DNA of 63,856 nt, counting the filler, from Myxococcota bacterium (GTDB taxonomy: Bacteria; Myxococcota_C; UBA6777): NCBI GenBank assembly GCA_023150835.1. It is 3 parts of 3 records of this genome, joined end to end, with 100 filler letters (N's around TTAATTAATTAA, not from the genome) between each part and the next. Parts side by side here need not be neighbours in the genome. Positions count along the whole stretch, not along the records: positions 1 to 28,635 come from JAKLKB010000087.1; 2 more parts are not named here. One strand, written 5' to 3'. The translations under genes were made by a program, and so were the position numbers. The notes beneath the pieces were generated by a model. It did no database searches and was not told the origin of the DNA. It saw nothing but the letters and a program-made list of their open reading frames with translations. This document shows positions 18,188 to 28,635 of this stretch, in pieces (the stretch's first letter is position 1; the number at the start of each line of letters is the position of its first letter).

Positions 18188-19657
18188 TCAAAGGACGGCC
18201 CCGGAGGAGAGGTGTGCGGCAAAGACTTCGCGGGCGTATTCTTCGTTTTCTTGGTAGGGGTGGGCGTGCCCAGCGATCAGATCGGCGGCTCCGCGAAGGC
18301 TTTCGGAGAAAGAGGGGTGGGCTTGTGTGGTGTGGAGAAGGCAAGTGTAAGGGAGTTGATATTGGATCATGACGGAGACTTCGCCGATCACAGCATCCAC
18401 ACCGTCGCCGATCCCGCGTACACCGAGGACACGGTCGTCACCTTCAGGGCCGACGATCAGTTTGACAAAGCCTCGGTGGGAGGACATGGCGTGAGCACGG
18501 TGGTTGCGGGTGTGGCTCCACTTTCCGATGCGGATCGCGCCGTATTTTTTGCGGGCCTCGAGTTCGGATAATCCGGCTCCTGCGATCATGGGGAGTGTGA
18601 AGACCAAAAAAGGGACATATTCGAGTTTGAGGGGTTGGGGTTCGCCGCAGATGGCTTGGATGGCGGTGCGGCCTTCGGCTTCGGCTACATGGACGAGGCT
18701 CAAGTCGTGTTCTGTATCGCGCAATCCAAGGTCGCCGACAGCGTAGATATGGGGGATGTTGGTTTGCATGATATCGGAAACCAAGATGGAACCTTGTGCA
18801 TTGGTGCGAACACCGATGCGATCGAGGTTTAGCCCTTCGATGTTGGGCGTGCGACCGATGGCAAGGAGGGCGGTTTCGGTGATGATCTTTCGGCCATCTT
18901 CGAGGAGGGTGTGGACTTTTTCTTGTTCGAGGAAGATCTGCTTGCAGCGGATCGAGGGGATGATCTCGACCCCCGTTTCGCGCAGTCCGTGTTGCAAGAG
19001 TGCGCTGATATCCTCGTCGTCGTGCGAAAAGATCCGCTCGCGTGTATCAAGCAACGTCACTTTGGTTCCAAGAGCCGCAAAGATCGAAGCAAACTCACAC
19101 CCGATCACGCCTGCCCCCAAAACCAACATCGAGGCCGCAGGGGCGCTGGTATCGACGATCTCGTCGCTGGTCAGGATCTTTTGAGGGACGGGTCGAAGGC
19201 CGGGCAACAAGCGCGGTCGAGTGCCTGTGGCGATGATGACGTGTTCGGCCACAAGACGAGCGATCTCTTGATCGTGTTGCATCACGGCGATGGTATGCGG
19301 ATCAACAAAGGTTCCAAAGCCTTCAAACAACGTGACACCCATATCGATCAGTTGTTGGCGATGGACGTGGCGCAATCCTTGTGCGCCTTCTTGGTTGGCT
19401 CGGTAGATCGCGTCAAAATCGATCTGGTATCCGCCTTGTGCAAGCGACCAACGGTGGTGGACGGCGTGATGCGCACGAGCGATCTCGTACAAACTTTTGG
19501 ACTTGAAAGCCCCTTCAAGGCCGTACCCCATGAGATGGCCGTAGTTGATCAGCCCCACGCGCAACCCCCGTAACGTCGCGGCTTTCGCGGCTGCGATCCC
19601 CCCCGGACCTGCGCCGATGATCACCAAATCAAACGATTGTATGTGTGTTTTTTCCAT
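18188..19657 (-). CDS. Pyridine nucleotide-disulfide oxidoreductase family flavoprotein (LpdA/SthA-like) lacking the redox Cys pair
   Basis: IIGAGPGG FAD motif, IIATG, GAGVIGCE NAD motif, IYAVGD and HPSFSE. The expected CxxxxC region reads LMGYGLEGAFKSKS. Confidence 0.88.
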   Translation of the reverse strand: MEKTHIQSFDLVIIGAGPGGIAAAKAATLRGLRVGLINYGHLMGYGLEGAFKSKSLYEIARAHHAVHHRWSLAQGGYQIDFDAIYRANQEGAQGLRHVHRQQLIDMGVTLFEGFGTFVDPHTIAVMQHDQEIARLVAEHVIIATGTRPRLLPGLRPVPQKILTSDEIVDTSAPAASMLVLGAGVIGCEFASIFAALGTKVTLLDTRERIFSHDDEDISALLQHGLRETGVEIIPSIRCKQIFLEQEKVHTLLEDGRKIITETALLAIGRTPNIEGLNLDRIGVRTNAQGSILVSDIMQTNIPHIYAVGDLGLRDTEHDLSLVHVAEAEGRTAIQAICGEPQPLKLEYVPFLVFTLPMIAGAGLSELEARKKYGAIRIGKWSHTRNHRAHAMSSHRGFVKLIVGPEGDDRVLGVRGIGDGVDAVIGEVSVMIQYQLPYTCLLHTTQAHPSFSESLRGAADLIAGHAHPYQENEEYAREVFAAHLSSGAVL

Positions 19658-19761
19658 CGGGAACCCCTATGCTTCTGTTCGGAAGAGCCACCTGAATTGG
19701 GATGCTTGTTGTGATGAGAAAAGCTTGCTCTGTGTAGCACGTCCTTTGGTTTGGTGGAACA

Positions 19762-19890
19762 TACTTACGCGGAATCCGCCTATGATGTGATCGAAGGATG
19801 TAGGGGCAGCCCCCTGTGGCTGCCCAACCACAGGGCGTTTACAACGGATCGCATCGAACCTTTTGTGTATACTTCTCACGGATATCGTAT
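19762..19890 (+). repeat. Family A element (longer variant)
   Basis: GAATCCGCC...TGTAGGGGCAGCCCCCTGTGGCTGCCCAA...GGATATCGTAT. Confidence 0.75.
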
Positions 19891-20406
19891 GAGAGGGTGT
19901 CTAACATAGCGAGATCTTTTGGACTGGTACACAGAAACATCGAAGGATTAGCGCTCTTCTTACCCCTCACCCCCCCAGCCCCCCTCTCCCCGCTTGCTGC
20001 GCTGCGGAGGCGAGGGGGGAGAAAAGCGGAACATCCGAAAGGATGGTGAAGGATTGCAAACGTTGCCTTGCATCGAAGACGGGTGGAACGAAAGAATAGA
20101 AGAGAAAGAAAAGCAGACAATGCATAAAAAGACGGATAATCCGCATGATTTGTCTTATTCTTTCCCCCTCTCTACGCAGCGATTCTTAGAGCGACCGCGT
20201 GTTATGGGGGGTGACGCGAAGCGTCGGGGGGTGAGGTCACGCGAATACAACCACCTTCCCCCCAAAACAAACCTATTTCCAGACTCGCTACATGACAAGC
20301 CAATGACGATCGAGCCAAACATCGGAAAGAACGAAGTGTTTTGGAGGCTCAAACATGACAAGACCAACGCCATGAGAGAGGTATCAAAAGGCAACACTTC
20401 TCAGCG

Positions 20407-20665
20407 AGGGCAGGCACACATGGTTGCCCCTACGTGTCGGAGATCACACGGTGTTTTGTAGGGGCAGGCCCCCGTGCCTGCCCTCGATCTGTTGCGTCGC
20501 TGACCTCATACGATTCTTGGCCCTCCACACCTGTCTGCCCCTACATTTTTACGATCACACTACGGGCAGATTTCGTATGATGGGGTTCCACCCCATACGA
20601 TTCTTGGGCAGCCACAGGGGGCTGCCCCTACATTTTTACGATCACACATTACGCGGAGATATCGC
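20407..20665. repeat. Cluster of four degenerate GTAG-REP/family A units
   Basis: GGGGCAGGCAC..GCCCCTACG, TGTAGGGGCAGGCCCCCGTGCCTGCCC, and two copies of ..GCCCCTACATTTTTACGATCACAC. Confidence 0.75.
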
Positions 20666-20976
20666 GTTCAGATATCGCTGTGTTAGACACCCTCTGATGC
20701 GGCGATCCCAAGAAAAGTCCACGGAAAACGGAAGAATTTGGATCTTGTTGTGGATGGGGTGGGGGGACACCTTGCGTACAACGAAGGATTCGATGAGGAT
20801 ACATGGGCTGAAGAAAAGAAAATATGCACGCGGCCCAAGCAAGCAAGATGCGTCGCAAGGATGCCGCCATGTCACCGTAGCCTGCGAGGATCGCGGGCCG
20901 CAGCTTGAAAGCCAGAGCGAGACGGACAGGTTTTGAGCGATCCAAGACACCAACCGTTCGAGGATGGGAGAGTTCG

Positions 20977-23900
20977 ATGACGAAACAGAGCGAGAACGTG
21001 ATCTCTGGTGGAATAAACGAAAAAGCCCACATCGAAAACGAACGGTGGGAGTTGTTGCGGCAGGGGAAGATCTCGCTGTTTGCGGAGACGATGGCTTGGG
21101 TGGAGGCTTGGCGCACAAGCGAAGCGTCCGAAGACCGATTGCGCGAGCGTTTGGAGGCTTGGCTGGCATCTTGTTTTCGTGAAGGTTTGCTCCTAGACGA
21201 AGCTCAACAATTTGAACTGCAAGCAAGTTTGTTGCGGATGTTGGCTCCAAAACCTGTCTCGGATGCTTTGATAAGCCACCTTGATACGGCTGCATCGGTC
21301 TCGAAAACATCGGAGGTTGGGGCATCTGCATCGGTCTCGCAGACATCGGAGGTTGGGGCATCTTCCTCGATGGCGCAGATGTCGGATGTTGGGGCATCTG
21401 CATCGGTCTCGCAGACATCGGATGTTGGGGCATCTTCCTCGATGGCGCAGACATCGGAGATTGGGGCGTCGGCGTCTGCGCAAGATGGGGATGTTGTGGT
21501 GTTTCCGATGGTGCCTTATGAGGAAGAGGTGTCTGCGCCTGCTGCGACGGAGATTCGGGCATCGGTGGCGTCGTTGGCATCGGAAGCCGTGTCAGGTTTC
21601 AAAGAGGATGTGGCGAAGCTACCTGTCTTTGCAAAGCAGGTGGCCTCGGAAGGCTCGGTCGCATCAGAGGGTTTAGCGGTATCGAGTGCAGAGACAGCGG
21701 ATGTTGCGAAGGTTCCTGCGTCGCAAGATGTATCACAAGCCGCATCGAGAGAGCCTGCGGTGGGGTTGCCGACGGGTGGGCCGATTGCGTCGTCGTTGTA
21801 CGCGCCGCCTCAAGGTCGGATGCCTGTGGGTGAGTCCTCGAAGCAGGGCAGTAAAAAGGCAAAAGGGGCGAAGACCTCGGAGAGTCGAGGGGGGCGATCT
21901 GGGCTGGGGGCGTCAGAGGAAGGCGAGAAAGGGGCGTCGTTGTCGGATGTATTGCCTGAAGGGGCGAGCGATGCGTCAGATTTAACGGAACTGCCGGATC
22001 TTTCATGGCAGGAGAGGCGCAGTCGAGAAGATCGAGCGGTGATGGAGGCATCGAGTTGGGCGCGAGTGTTGCAGCCGTTTTTGGCGCAGAACTGGTTGTA
22101 TTTTTTGGGGACGTTTCTGGTGTTGGCGAGCGGGTTTTATTTGCTTTCGTTGGCATGGGAGGGGATGAGTACGTTAGGACGGCAGGCGGTGATTTGGGGG
22201 AGTTTGGCGACAGGTTCGTTGGCTTTTTCGGGGCTGGGTGTGTTGTTGAAGCAGCGGGCTGAATTGCAGGTGGCGGGGCGGAGTTTTGGAGCGGTGAGTT
22301 TGGGGTTGTTGGGGATCGCGGGGATGGCGGTGGGTCCGTTGTGGTCATCGAGTCTGCCTGTGGCGATCGGTGTCATGGGCGGTACGCTGGGTGTGTTGGT
22401 GTGGGGGTTGGGTTGGTTGCGTGCGATGGATGCGGGACCGACGATCAAGTTGTCGACGATCTCTTCGGGGGTGTTGTTAGGAGGGGTGATCTTTGTGCCG
22501 TGGTTTGGGCGGTTGGGGCATATCTGGGGTGTGGTGGGTGTGTTGTCGTTGGGGACGTTGTTTTTTTGGGGTGTGGTGCGGGTGTGGGGAGCGTTGCGTT
22601 TTGGGGTGTTGAATTGGGGAGAGGTGTGGTGTTTTTGGCGGGAGCAAGGGGGATTTGATCGTGTACGAGCAGCAGAAGGGCAAGAGCAGCCGTTGACGGC
22701 GCAAGAGATGTTGTTTTTCTTTTTGCCGCAGGCGTATTTGTGGTTGTTGTTGGTGGGTTGGTCGGGATGGTCGTTGGGGGGGGAGTTGTGGTTGGCGTTG
22801 CCGTATATGGCACCGTTGTGTGGGGTGGTGGGTTTTGCGATGGTGGAGATAGGGGAGTGGGTGAGGTTGATCGAGAGGGGAGAGAAGAAAGCGAGATCGA
22901 AGTTGCAGCAGAAGGCGTTGCGCGTGGAAGATGCGGGGGACGAAGGGTTTTTTGTGTGGTTTTGGTTGGGTGCGTTGGTGGTTGCGGTAGGGGTGGTGCA
23001 AGCGTGGGGGACGCCGATATCGTTGGTATGGGGTGCGTGGTTGTTGGGGGTGTTGTTTGCGCGGGGTTCGGATGTGCGGGCGCGTTGGAGCTTGGAGGCG
23101 CTGAGTGCGCTGAGTGGTGTGGTGGGATATGTGGCACTGTTGGGGGTGTTGTTTGCGTCGTCGGAGCTTTCGGAGCGATGGATGCGGGAGGTGTGGTGGT
23201 TGCCGATGCAGGCGTGGTGGATATTGCCTGCGGGAGTGTGTTTGGTGGTGGTGGGACGGAGGGTGCGAGAACAGCGAGAGATGCGGGGTCAGGTGTGGCC
23301 GTTGTTGGGGGCGTTGTTGGCGGTGTATGGGGTGGGTGTGTTGTTGGTGAACGACGTGTTGAGAGGGCAGGGGCAAGTCTCGTTGGGGATGTTGTTGGCG
23401 ATGCCTTTGTATGCGTTGGGATTTTTGTATGTGGGTGAGTTGCGAGAGAAAAAGTCGTGGAGCCGGTTGGGGTTGGTGTTATGGGTGTATGGGAGTGCGG
23501 TGATCGGGGGTCGTGTTTTTTCGTGGGGTGTTTTTTCGGGAGGGACGGAAGATCGGGCGTCGTGGTCGTTGTTGGTATTTGTGGCGACGGCGGCGTTGTT
23601 GTGGGGGGTGAGTCGTGTGTTCGAGAGACGTGCGTTGTTGCCGCACAGTCGATTTGTGTTGGATGAGGCGTTGTTGTGGCTGCCGTTGGTGTTGTTGTTT
23701 TTTTGGGCGCAGCAGCCCGATGCGATGGGGTTGTCGAACCCGTGGGGATGGCACCCACGAACAGCGTTTGTGTGGGGTGCGGTGGGGTTGTGGTTGTACG
23801 GGGCGTTTTTTTTCTGGTGGTCGTATGCGAGCCATTCGGCGGGGATGGCGCGTTGGACGTTGGTGTGGTGGGGATTGGCGAGCGTGTTGTTGTCGGTGTC

Positions 23901-26900
23901 GGTGCGCCGCTGGCTTGGTTTGCCGTTAGGCCAAGGGGGCGGCGCGTTGGTGGTGATGTGTGTGAGTTTTGTGTTGTTTGAGTTGGGGATGCGCTGGCGG
24001 GGAGGATCGAGAGCGAAGGGAAAGTGGTTGCGGCTGCCTTGGGTGGTTGGAGGAGACGGTGCGTTGTTTGCGGGGGGAGTAGGGATCACAGAAGGAGCGC
24101 AGGGAGGCGGGCAAAGGGGAGAGTTGAAGCATGGGGTTGCGGAGATCGCGGAGGATGGGGGTGTGTGGAGCAGGCCGTTGTTGGAGGCGGCGTATGTGGC
24201 TTGGTTGGTGGGTTTGTTGATGTTGTTTCGGGTGGTGGGTCGTGGGATAGAGGGGCGGGGGTTGGCGTTGGCGGTGTTGTGTTTGGGGGTGGTATTTGCG
24301 TGGCAGGTGGCGTGGCGTCATCAGTCCGAAGCGATGGGGCTTGTGGGGTTTGTGTTGAGTGGTGCGGCGTGGAGTGTGGCGTGGTTGTGGCCGCATCTGT
24401 TGGGTGCGCAGATGGAGCAGCCGCGTGTGTGGTGGGGCGTGTTGGGGATCGCGGGAGGTTTTTGGGCGGCGTGGTCGGTGGTGTTGTGGGGGGTGTATGG
24501 TTGGAAGGGGAGGATCGATGAAAGAGGCGATTGGAAGGGGGTTTTGCAGATTGCTATCGAGATCTTGCCGTTGTTTGGGATGATCTGGATGGTGGGGTTG
24601 GGGTATTTGACGGTGCGGGCGATCAAGGAGAGCGGGGGAGTGTCGGTGGGATGGTTGTTTGCGGGATGGGGTGGGAGTGCGTTGTTGTGGTATGGGATGG
24701 CGTGGGTGATGCGGCGTTGGTTGTGGGTGTGGTTGGGTGCGTCGTCGCTGTTGGTGTGTTGGGTGTTGCCGTGGTGGAATGGGCTGTCGTGGCCGGGATT
24801 GTTGGTGTGTGCGATGGGGGGAGTGTTGGTGTTGTTTGCGTTGGGTTCATGGGGAGGATGGAAGCGCAAAACAGCGGATATTGGGGTGCTGTTGGAGTCG
24901 GGGCAGGCTTGGTTGAAGGTACGTTCGGCGGGGGCGGAGTTGTGGGGAGAGGGTCTTCGTGTGTACGGGCTGGCGTGGTGTTTGTTGTCTTTGCCGGGGC
25001 TGTGGTGGTTTTGGCGTGAAGGCTGGATGGCGGGAGGACTGGCGGGTTTGGGTTTGGGGATGTCGATCTTGCCGATGTTTTGGGAAGGTTGGCAAGGGTC
25101 AGGATCGTCTTTGAATCCCCTCAGTTACGGGTGGTTTGGTTTGTCGTTGTTTGCGGCGGGGGTGGGTTGTACGGTGGGATTGTTTGGGGCGTTGCCGGGA
25201 TCGTGGCAGCCTGTGGGAGTGTGGTTGTGGCTGTCGTCGTTTGGTGTGGTGAGTAGCTGGGTGGCGTTGTTTGTGATGTTGTGCGTGGGGTTGCGAGATC
25301 GGCGGTCGTTGCGGCTGGATTGGGTGTCTCGTCGTTGGGGGATGTGTTCTCAGGGGCAGCCGGAAGAAGGGGTGGGATGGGGTTGGTTGCATCTGGGTCA
25401 GGTGAGTGAGTGGATGTTTGTGGGGGCGGCGAGTGTGGGGGCGGTGTGTTTTGGGATGGCGTGGTGGGGAGATCGCGCAGCATCGGTGTGGTTGTTGTGG
25501 AGTGTGTTGCCGTGGGTGGCCTCGGTCTGGTTGCGGCCACGAGAGGTGACGGCGACGGTGGTGGGTGGGATGATGTTGTGGGGTTGGTGGTGGGGAGCGG
25601 CGACGGGATGGGCTGTGTGGGCGGTGGTGTGGAGTACGTTGTTGCCGTTGTGGTTGGTGGGTTCTTCGTATTGGCGAGAAAAGCCGTTGTCGCAACTCAA
25701 TGAATCGGTCGGATGGACGGGGATCTTGGGTGGAATGTCGTTTGGTGTGGGGGTGGTGTCTGTGTTGGCGGGGATCTGGCCGTCTTTGGGGTCGGCGTGG
25801 TTGGGGTGTGTGGGTAGTCTTGGGGTGGCGACGTTGTATCAGGTGGGGATGTGGATCGCACGGTGGCAAGGGGGCCGATTGGAGCCGTTGTTTGAGATGG
25901 TTGCGTGGGGACGAGCCTCTGAAGACGAAGGCCACGCGGGGCGTTGGGGTACGGCGTGGCAAAGTCTGCGAGATCTGTACAAGACGGCGATGGTGGTGGG
26001 GAGTGGTTTTGCGTTGTGGTGGTTGTGGTTGAGTTGGCCGAACGGTGGGGTGGTGTTGGCGTTGTTTTTAGTGCCAGCGTTGTTGGATGTGGGCCAATCC
26101 TTCCAGCGATTTTCTTGGACGTGGATGATGATGGCGTTGTCGCTGTGGGGGCTGCATTTTGTGCCGTACTGGATGCAAAAAGAAAGCTGGTCGGTGTGGT
26201 TGTGGTCGGTGTGGGCGCTGGGCGCGTTGTGGTTGGCGGCGGAGTCGACGGCGGCGGCGCTGTGGCATGGTCTGCGTGAACGTGGGTCGCTGCGGATGGT
26301 GTGGGCGCTTTGGCATATTCGGGGGCTGAGTGCCTCGATGTCGCTGTTTTTTGCGGGGTGTGGGATCTTGTTGTATGCGGCGCTGTTGGCGGGGTTTGTG
26401 TTGGAGCCGATCGGTTATCCGCTGGAAGTCTCGGTGTATTGGTTAAAAGATGCGCGGGCGTTGCCTTGGTGGATCTGGTTGTTGGTTCCTGTGTTGTATG
26501 CGGTGATGGTGTTTCAACTGCGGCGGCGCAGTGCGTTGTTTTGGGCGGAGGGAGCGATCTTTTTGTCGCCGTTGGTGATGGGGGCGGTGTTGGGAGGGCG
26601 TTCTTGGAGGGCGTTGGCGGTGGAGTGTGCGGTGGGGGTGTGGTTGTTGATCTTGGGTGGGTTGTTGTGGTGGGTGCGTGCGCAAGGTGCGCGGATGCGT
26701 GAGCAGGCGTGGGGGGACGGGCAGAATAACGCGAATTCCTCGGAGCGTGCAGATGTTTTGGAGGAGGCGGCGGAGGCTTGGACACCGACGTCGATCTATC
26801 GGTTGTATTACAAAGAGGGCGCGGAGCCTGCTTGGTTGAGAGAGCTGACGGCGTTTGCGTCGGGGTTGGAGGGGGCTTCTGCGCGGATGTTGGAGCAAAG

Positions 26901-28446
26901 GCTGTGGGTGTTTTTGTGGGAGCTTCCGTTGCTGGGAGCGTTGTGGTTGGGGGCGCGGAATGGGATTGCGCGATTGGGCGGATTGATGGGGGCTTTGGGG
27001 TTGGGAGTGATGTTTGCGTTTGTGCCGGCCTCGATCTCTGTGGGGGGAGGGGGTTTTTGGGGCGTTTGTTTGTTGTGTGTGGGGTCGGCGGTGTTTGTGC
27101 GAGTGCGCCCGTGGCGGTCGTTGTGGGCGCTTGGTGCGGCGGTGTTTGGGTTGATGGTGTTTGGTGGGCTGTGGGATGGGTTGTTTGGTGCGGGACCGTT
27201 GGCGATGGGTGGGATTCTTGGGATGGGTCTGGTGTGTTGTGTGTTGGCGGCGTGGTGGCTGCGTGCATCGCAGTTGTATTGGTCGGTGGATAGGGACGGA
27301 TGGCGATATGGTTCGCGTGTCGAGAGCTTTTTACGGATCGCGGTGCGGGGTAGGATGTGGCACCCGGGCAGGGGGCCGCAGGCGTGGGATGGTGCGGAAG
27401 GTGCGGAGCGATGGGAGGATCGCAACCTGCCGTTGGTGCAAAAGGGGTATCGTGCGTTGGGATTCAACTCTTTTGTGCTGTTGTGGTTGGCGTGGGGGAT
27501 GTTTTGGATCGCGTCTGCGCGTTTGGGTTCGGGTTCGCCGTTGCTGCTGCATGGGATGGCGGTGTTGTTGTTGTTGATGCAGTCGTGGCTGTGGGTGGGA
27601 TGGGCGTTGGAGCGTGATCGCGATTGGATGGCGTATGTGGGGTTTGCGTCATTTTTGGGGGTGTATGGGTATCTGCGCAGCGTGATGGAGATCGGCGAGC
27701 GGGGGTTGGATGCGTGGGTGTTTTTGGTGGTGGGGTTTGTGCTGTTGGGATTCCGTGAGCTATGGCAGCGGATGGGGGGGCGTTTGTTGCAGCGCGTTGC
27801 GCAGCGGATCTCGTATGTGTTGCCGTTGTTGGCGTTGTTGGCGGGGGTGTGGGGAGGAAAGACTCCACCGATCGCAAGCTGGCTGATCGCGGGTGTGTTT
27901 TATGGGATCTTGGCGCATCAGTATGGGCTGCGTTGGCTCGCGGTCCCTGCGTTGGGCTTTTTGAACGTGGGCATCTTCTTGTTTTTAGGCCAACAAGCGG
28001 TGTCTGCGGCGCAGTGGTACATCTTGCCGTTGGGCTTGTCGATGTTTGCGATCTCAGGGATCTTTGCGATGGATTTGGGCCACAAAGGGCGCAACTTCTT
28101 TCGCGTGGTCGGTGCGTTGGCGATCTATCTGACTTCGATGGTGCAGGTGTTGTCGTTTCGCAGCATTACGGACGTGCTGTTGTTGGCGGGGCTTGCGATC
28201 GTGGGCATGATCGCGGGGATCGCTTTGCAGATACGGTCCTTTTTGGTCCTTGGGCTGGGCTTTTTGGTGGCGGATATCGTGATCAACCTGTTTCGCATTG
28301 GAATCCAAGACCGAGTGATCGGGATGATCTTTTTGTTCTTAACAGGGATCTTGTTGCTTGCCGCAGCGGTGTTTTTTAACCTCAAGCGCGAAGCGATCTT
28401 GGCGCGCATTCGCGATTGGCAAGATCAGATGGCTTCTTGGGATTGA
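20977..28446 (+). CDS. Giant (~2,490 aa) polytopic membrane protein of unknown function
   Basis: Uninterrupted 7.5-kb ORF with a GGGAG RBS. It has a low-complexity Ser/Ala N-terminus with 12-aa repeats, then dozens of hydrophobic W/G/V/L segments, and ends KREAILARIRDWQDQMASWD. Confidence 0.85.
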   Translation: MTKQSENVISGGINEKAHIENERWELLRQGKISLFAETMAWVEAWRTSEASEDRLRERLEAWLASCFREGLLLDEAQQFELQASLLRMLAPKPVSDALISHLDTAASVSKTSEVGASASVSQTSEVGASSSMAQMSDVGASASVSQTSDVGASSSMAQTSEIGASASAQDGDVVVFPMVPYEEEVSAPAATEIRASVASLASEAVSGFKEDVAKLPVFAKQVASEGSVASEGLAVSSAETADVAKVPASQDVSQAASREPAVGLPTGGPIASSLYAPPQGRMPVGESSKQGSKKAKGAKTSESRGGRSGLGASEEGEKGASLSDVLPEGASDASDLTELPDLSWQERRSREDRAVMEASSWARVLQPFLAQNWLYFLGTFLVLASGFYLLSLAWEGMSTLGRQAVIWGSLATGSLAFSGLGVLLKQRAELQVAGRSFGAVSLGLLGIAGMAVGPLWSSSLPVAIGVMGGTLGVLVWGLGWLRAMDAGPTIKLSTISSGVLLGGVIFVPWFGRLGHIWGVVGVLSLGTLFFWGVVRVWGALRFGVLNWGEVWCFWREQGGFDRVRAAEGQEQPLTAQEMLFFFLPQAYLWLLLVGWSGWSLGGELWLALPYMAPLCGVVGFAMVEIGEWVRLIERGEKKARSKLQQKALRVEDAGDEGFFVWFWLGALVVAVGVVQAWGTPISLVWGAWLLGVLFARGSDVRARWSLEALSALSGVVGYVALLGVLFASSELSERWMREVWWLPMQAWWILPAGVCLVVVGRRVREQREMRGQVWPLLGALLAVYGVGVLLVNDVLRGQGQVSLGMLLAMPLYALGFLYVGELREKKSWSRLGLVLWVYGSAVIGGRVFSWGVFSGGTEDRASWSLLVFVATAALLWGVSRVFERRALLPHSRFVLDEALLWLPLVLLFFWAQQPDAMGLSNPWGWHPRTAFVWGAVGLWLYGAFFFWWSYASHSAGMARWTLVWWGLASVLLSVSVRRWLGLPLGQGGGALVVMCVSFVLFELGMRWRGGSRAKGKWLRLPWVVGGDGALFAGGVGITEGAQGGGQRGELKHGVAEIAEDGGVWSRPLLEAAYVAWLVGLLMLFRVVGRGIEGRGLALAVLCLGVVFAWQVAWRHQSEAMGLVGFVLSGAAWSVAWLWPHLLGAQMEQPRVWWGVLGIAGGFWAAWSVVLWGVYGWKGRIDERGDWKGVLQIAIEILPLFGMIWMVGLGYLTVRAIKESGGVSVGWLFAGWGGSALLWYGMAWVMRRWLWVWLGASSLLVCWVLPWWNGLSWPGLLVCAMGGVLVLFALGSWGGWKRKTADIGVLLESGQAWLKVRSAGAELWGEGLRVYGLAWCLLSLPGLWWFWREGWMAGGLAGLGLGMSILPMFWEGWQGSGSSLNPLSYGWFGLSLFAAGVGCTVGLFGALPGSWQPVGVWLWLSSFGVVSSWVALFVMLCVGLRDRRSLRLDWVSRRWGMCSQGQPEEGVGWGWLHLGQVSEWMFVGAASVGAVCFGMAWWGDRAASVWLLWSVLPWVASVWLRPREVTATVVGGMMLWGWWWGAATGWAVWAVVWSTLLPLWLVGSSYWREKPLSQLNESVGWTGILGGMSFGVGVVSVLAGIWPSLGSAWLGCVGSLGVATLYQVGMWIARWQGGRLEPLFEMVAWGRASEDEGHAGRWGTAWQSLRDLYKTAMVVGSGFALWWLWLSWPNGGVVLALFLVPALLDVGQSFQRFSWTWMMMALSLWGLHFVPYWMQKESWSVWLWSVWALGALWLAAESTAAALWHGLRERGSLRMVWALWHIRGLSASMSLFFAGCGILLYAALLAGFVLEPIGYPLEVSVYWLKDARALPWWIWLLVPVLYAVMVFQLRRRSALFWAEGAIFLSPLVMGAVLGGRSWRALAVECAVGVWLLILGGLLWWVRAQGARMREQAWGDGQNNANSSERADVLEEAAEAWTPTSIYRLYYKEGAEPAWLRELTAFASGLEGASARMLEQRLWVFLWELPLLGALWLGARNGIARLGGLMGALGLGVMFAFVPASISVGGGGFWGVCLLCVGSAVFVRVRPWRSLWALGAAVFGLMVFGGLWDGLFGAGPLAMGGILGMGLVCCVLAAWWLRASQLYWSVDRDGWRYGSRVESFLRIAVRGRMWHPGRGPQAWDGAEGAERWEDRNLPLVQKGYRALGFNSFVLLWLAWGMFWIASARLGSGSPLLLHGMAVLLLLMQSWLWVGWALERDRDWMAYVGFASFLGVYGYLRSVMEIGERGLDAWVFLVVGFVLLGFRELWQRMGGRLLQRVAQRISYVLPLLALLAGVWGGKTPPIASWLIAGVFYGILAHQYGLRWLAVPALGFLNVGIFLFLGQQAVSAAQWYILPLGLSMFAISGIFAMDLGHKGRNFFRVVGALAIYLTSMVQVLSFRSITDVLLLAGLAIVGMIAGIALQIRSFLVLGLGFLVADIVINLFRIGIQDRVIGMIFLFLTGILLLAAAVFFNLKREAILARIRDWQDQMASWD

Positions 28447-28466
28447 TACGATACAAGCGATCAACA

Positions 28467-28635
28467 GCTTTTTTTGAAAAAGAAGGCGATGTACAAAGTG
28501 ATCGACGGCTTTTTTTGAAAAAGAAGGCGATGTACAAAGTGATCGACGGCTTTTTTTGAAAAAGAAGGCGATGTACAAAGTGATCGACGGCTTTTTTTGA
28601 AAAAGAAGGCGATGTACAAAGTGATCGACGGCTTT
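28467..28635 (+). repeat. 41-bp perfect tandem repeat (at least 4 copies) running into the gap
   Basis: GCTTTTTTTGAAAAAGAAGGCGATGTACAAAGTGATCGACG at 28467, 28508, 28549 and 28590. Confidence 0.92.

Noticed and set aside
19962-20022. CCCCTCACCCCCCAGCCCCCCTCTCCCC...GAGGGGGGAG hairpin as an ncRNA
   Set aside because: Single copy here; probably another short palindromic repeat, and no RNA family was recognised.
21599-27877. Long Pro/Thr/His-rich antisense ORFs
   Set aside because: Shadows of the G/T-skewed giant membrane gene.
28467-28635. CRISPR array
   Set aside because: Perfect head-to-tail 41-bp repeats without spacers.
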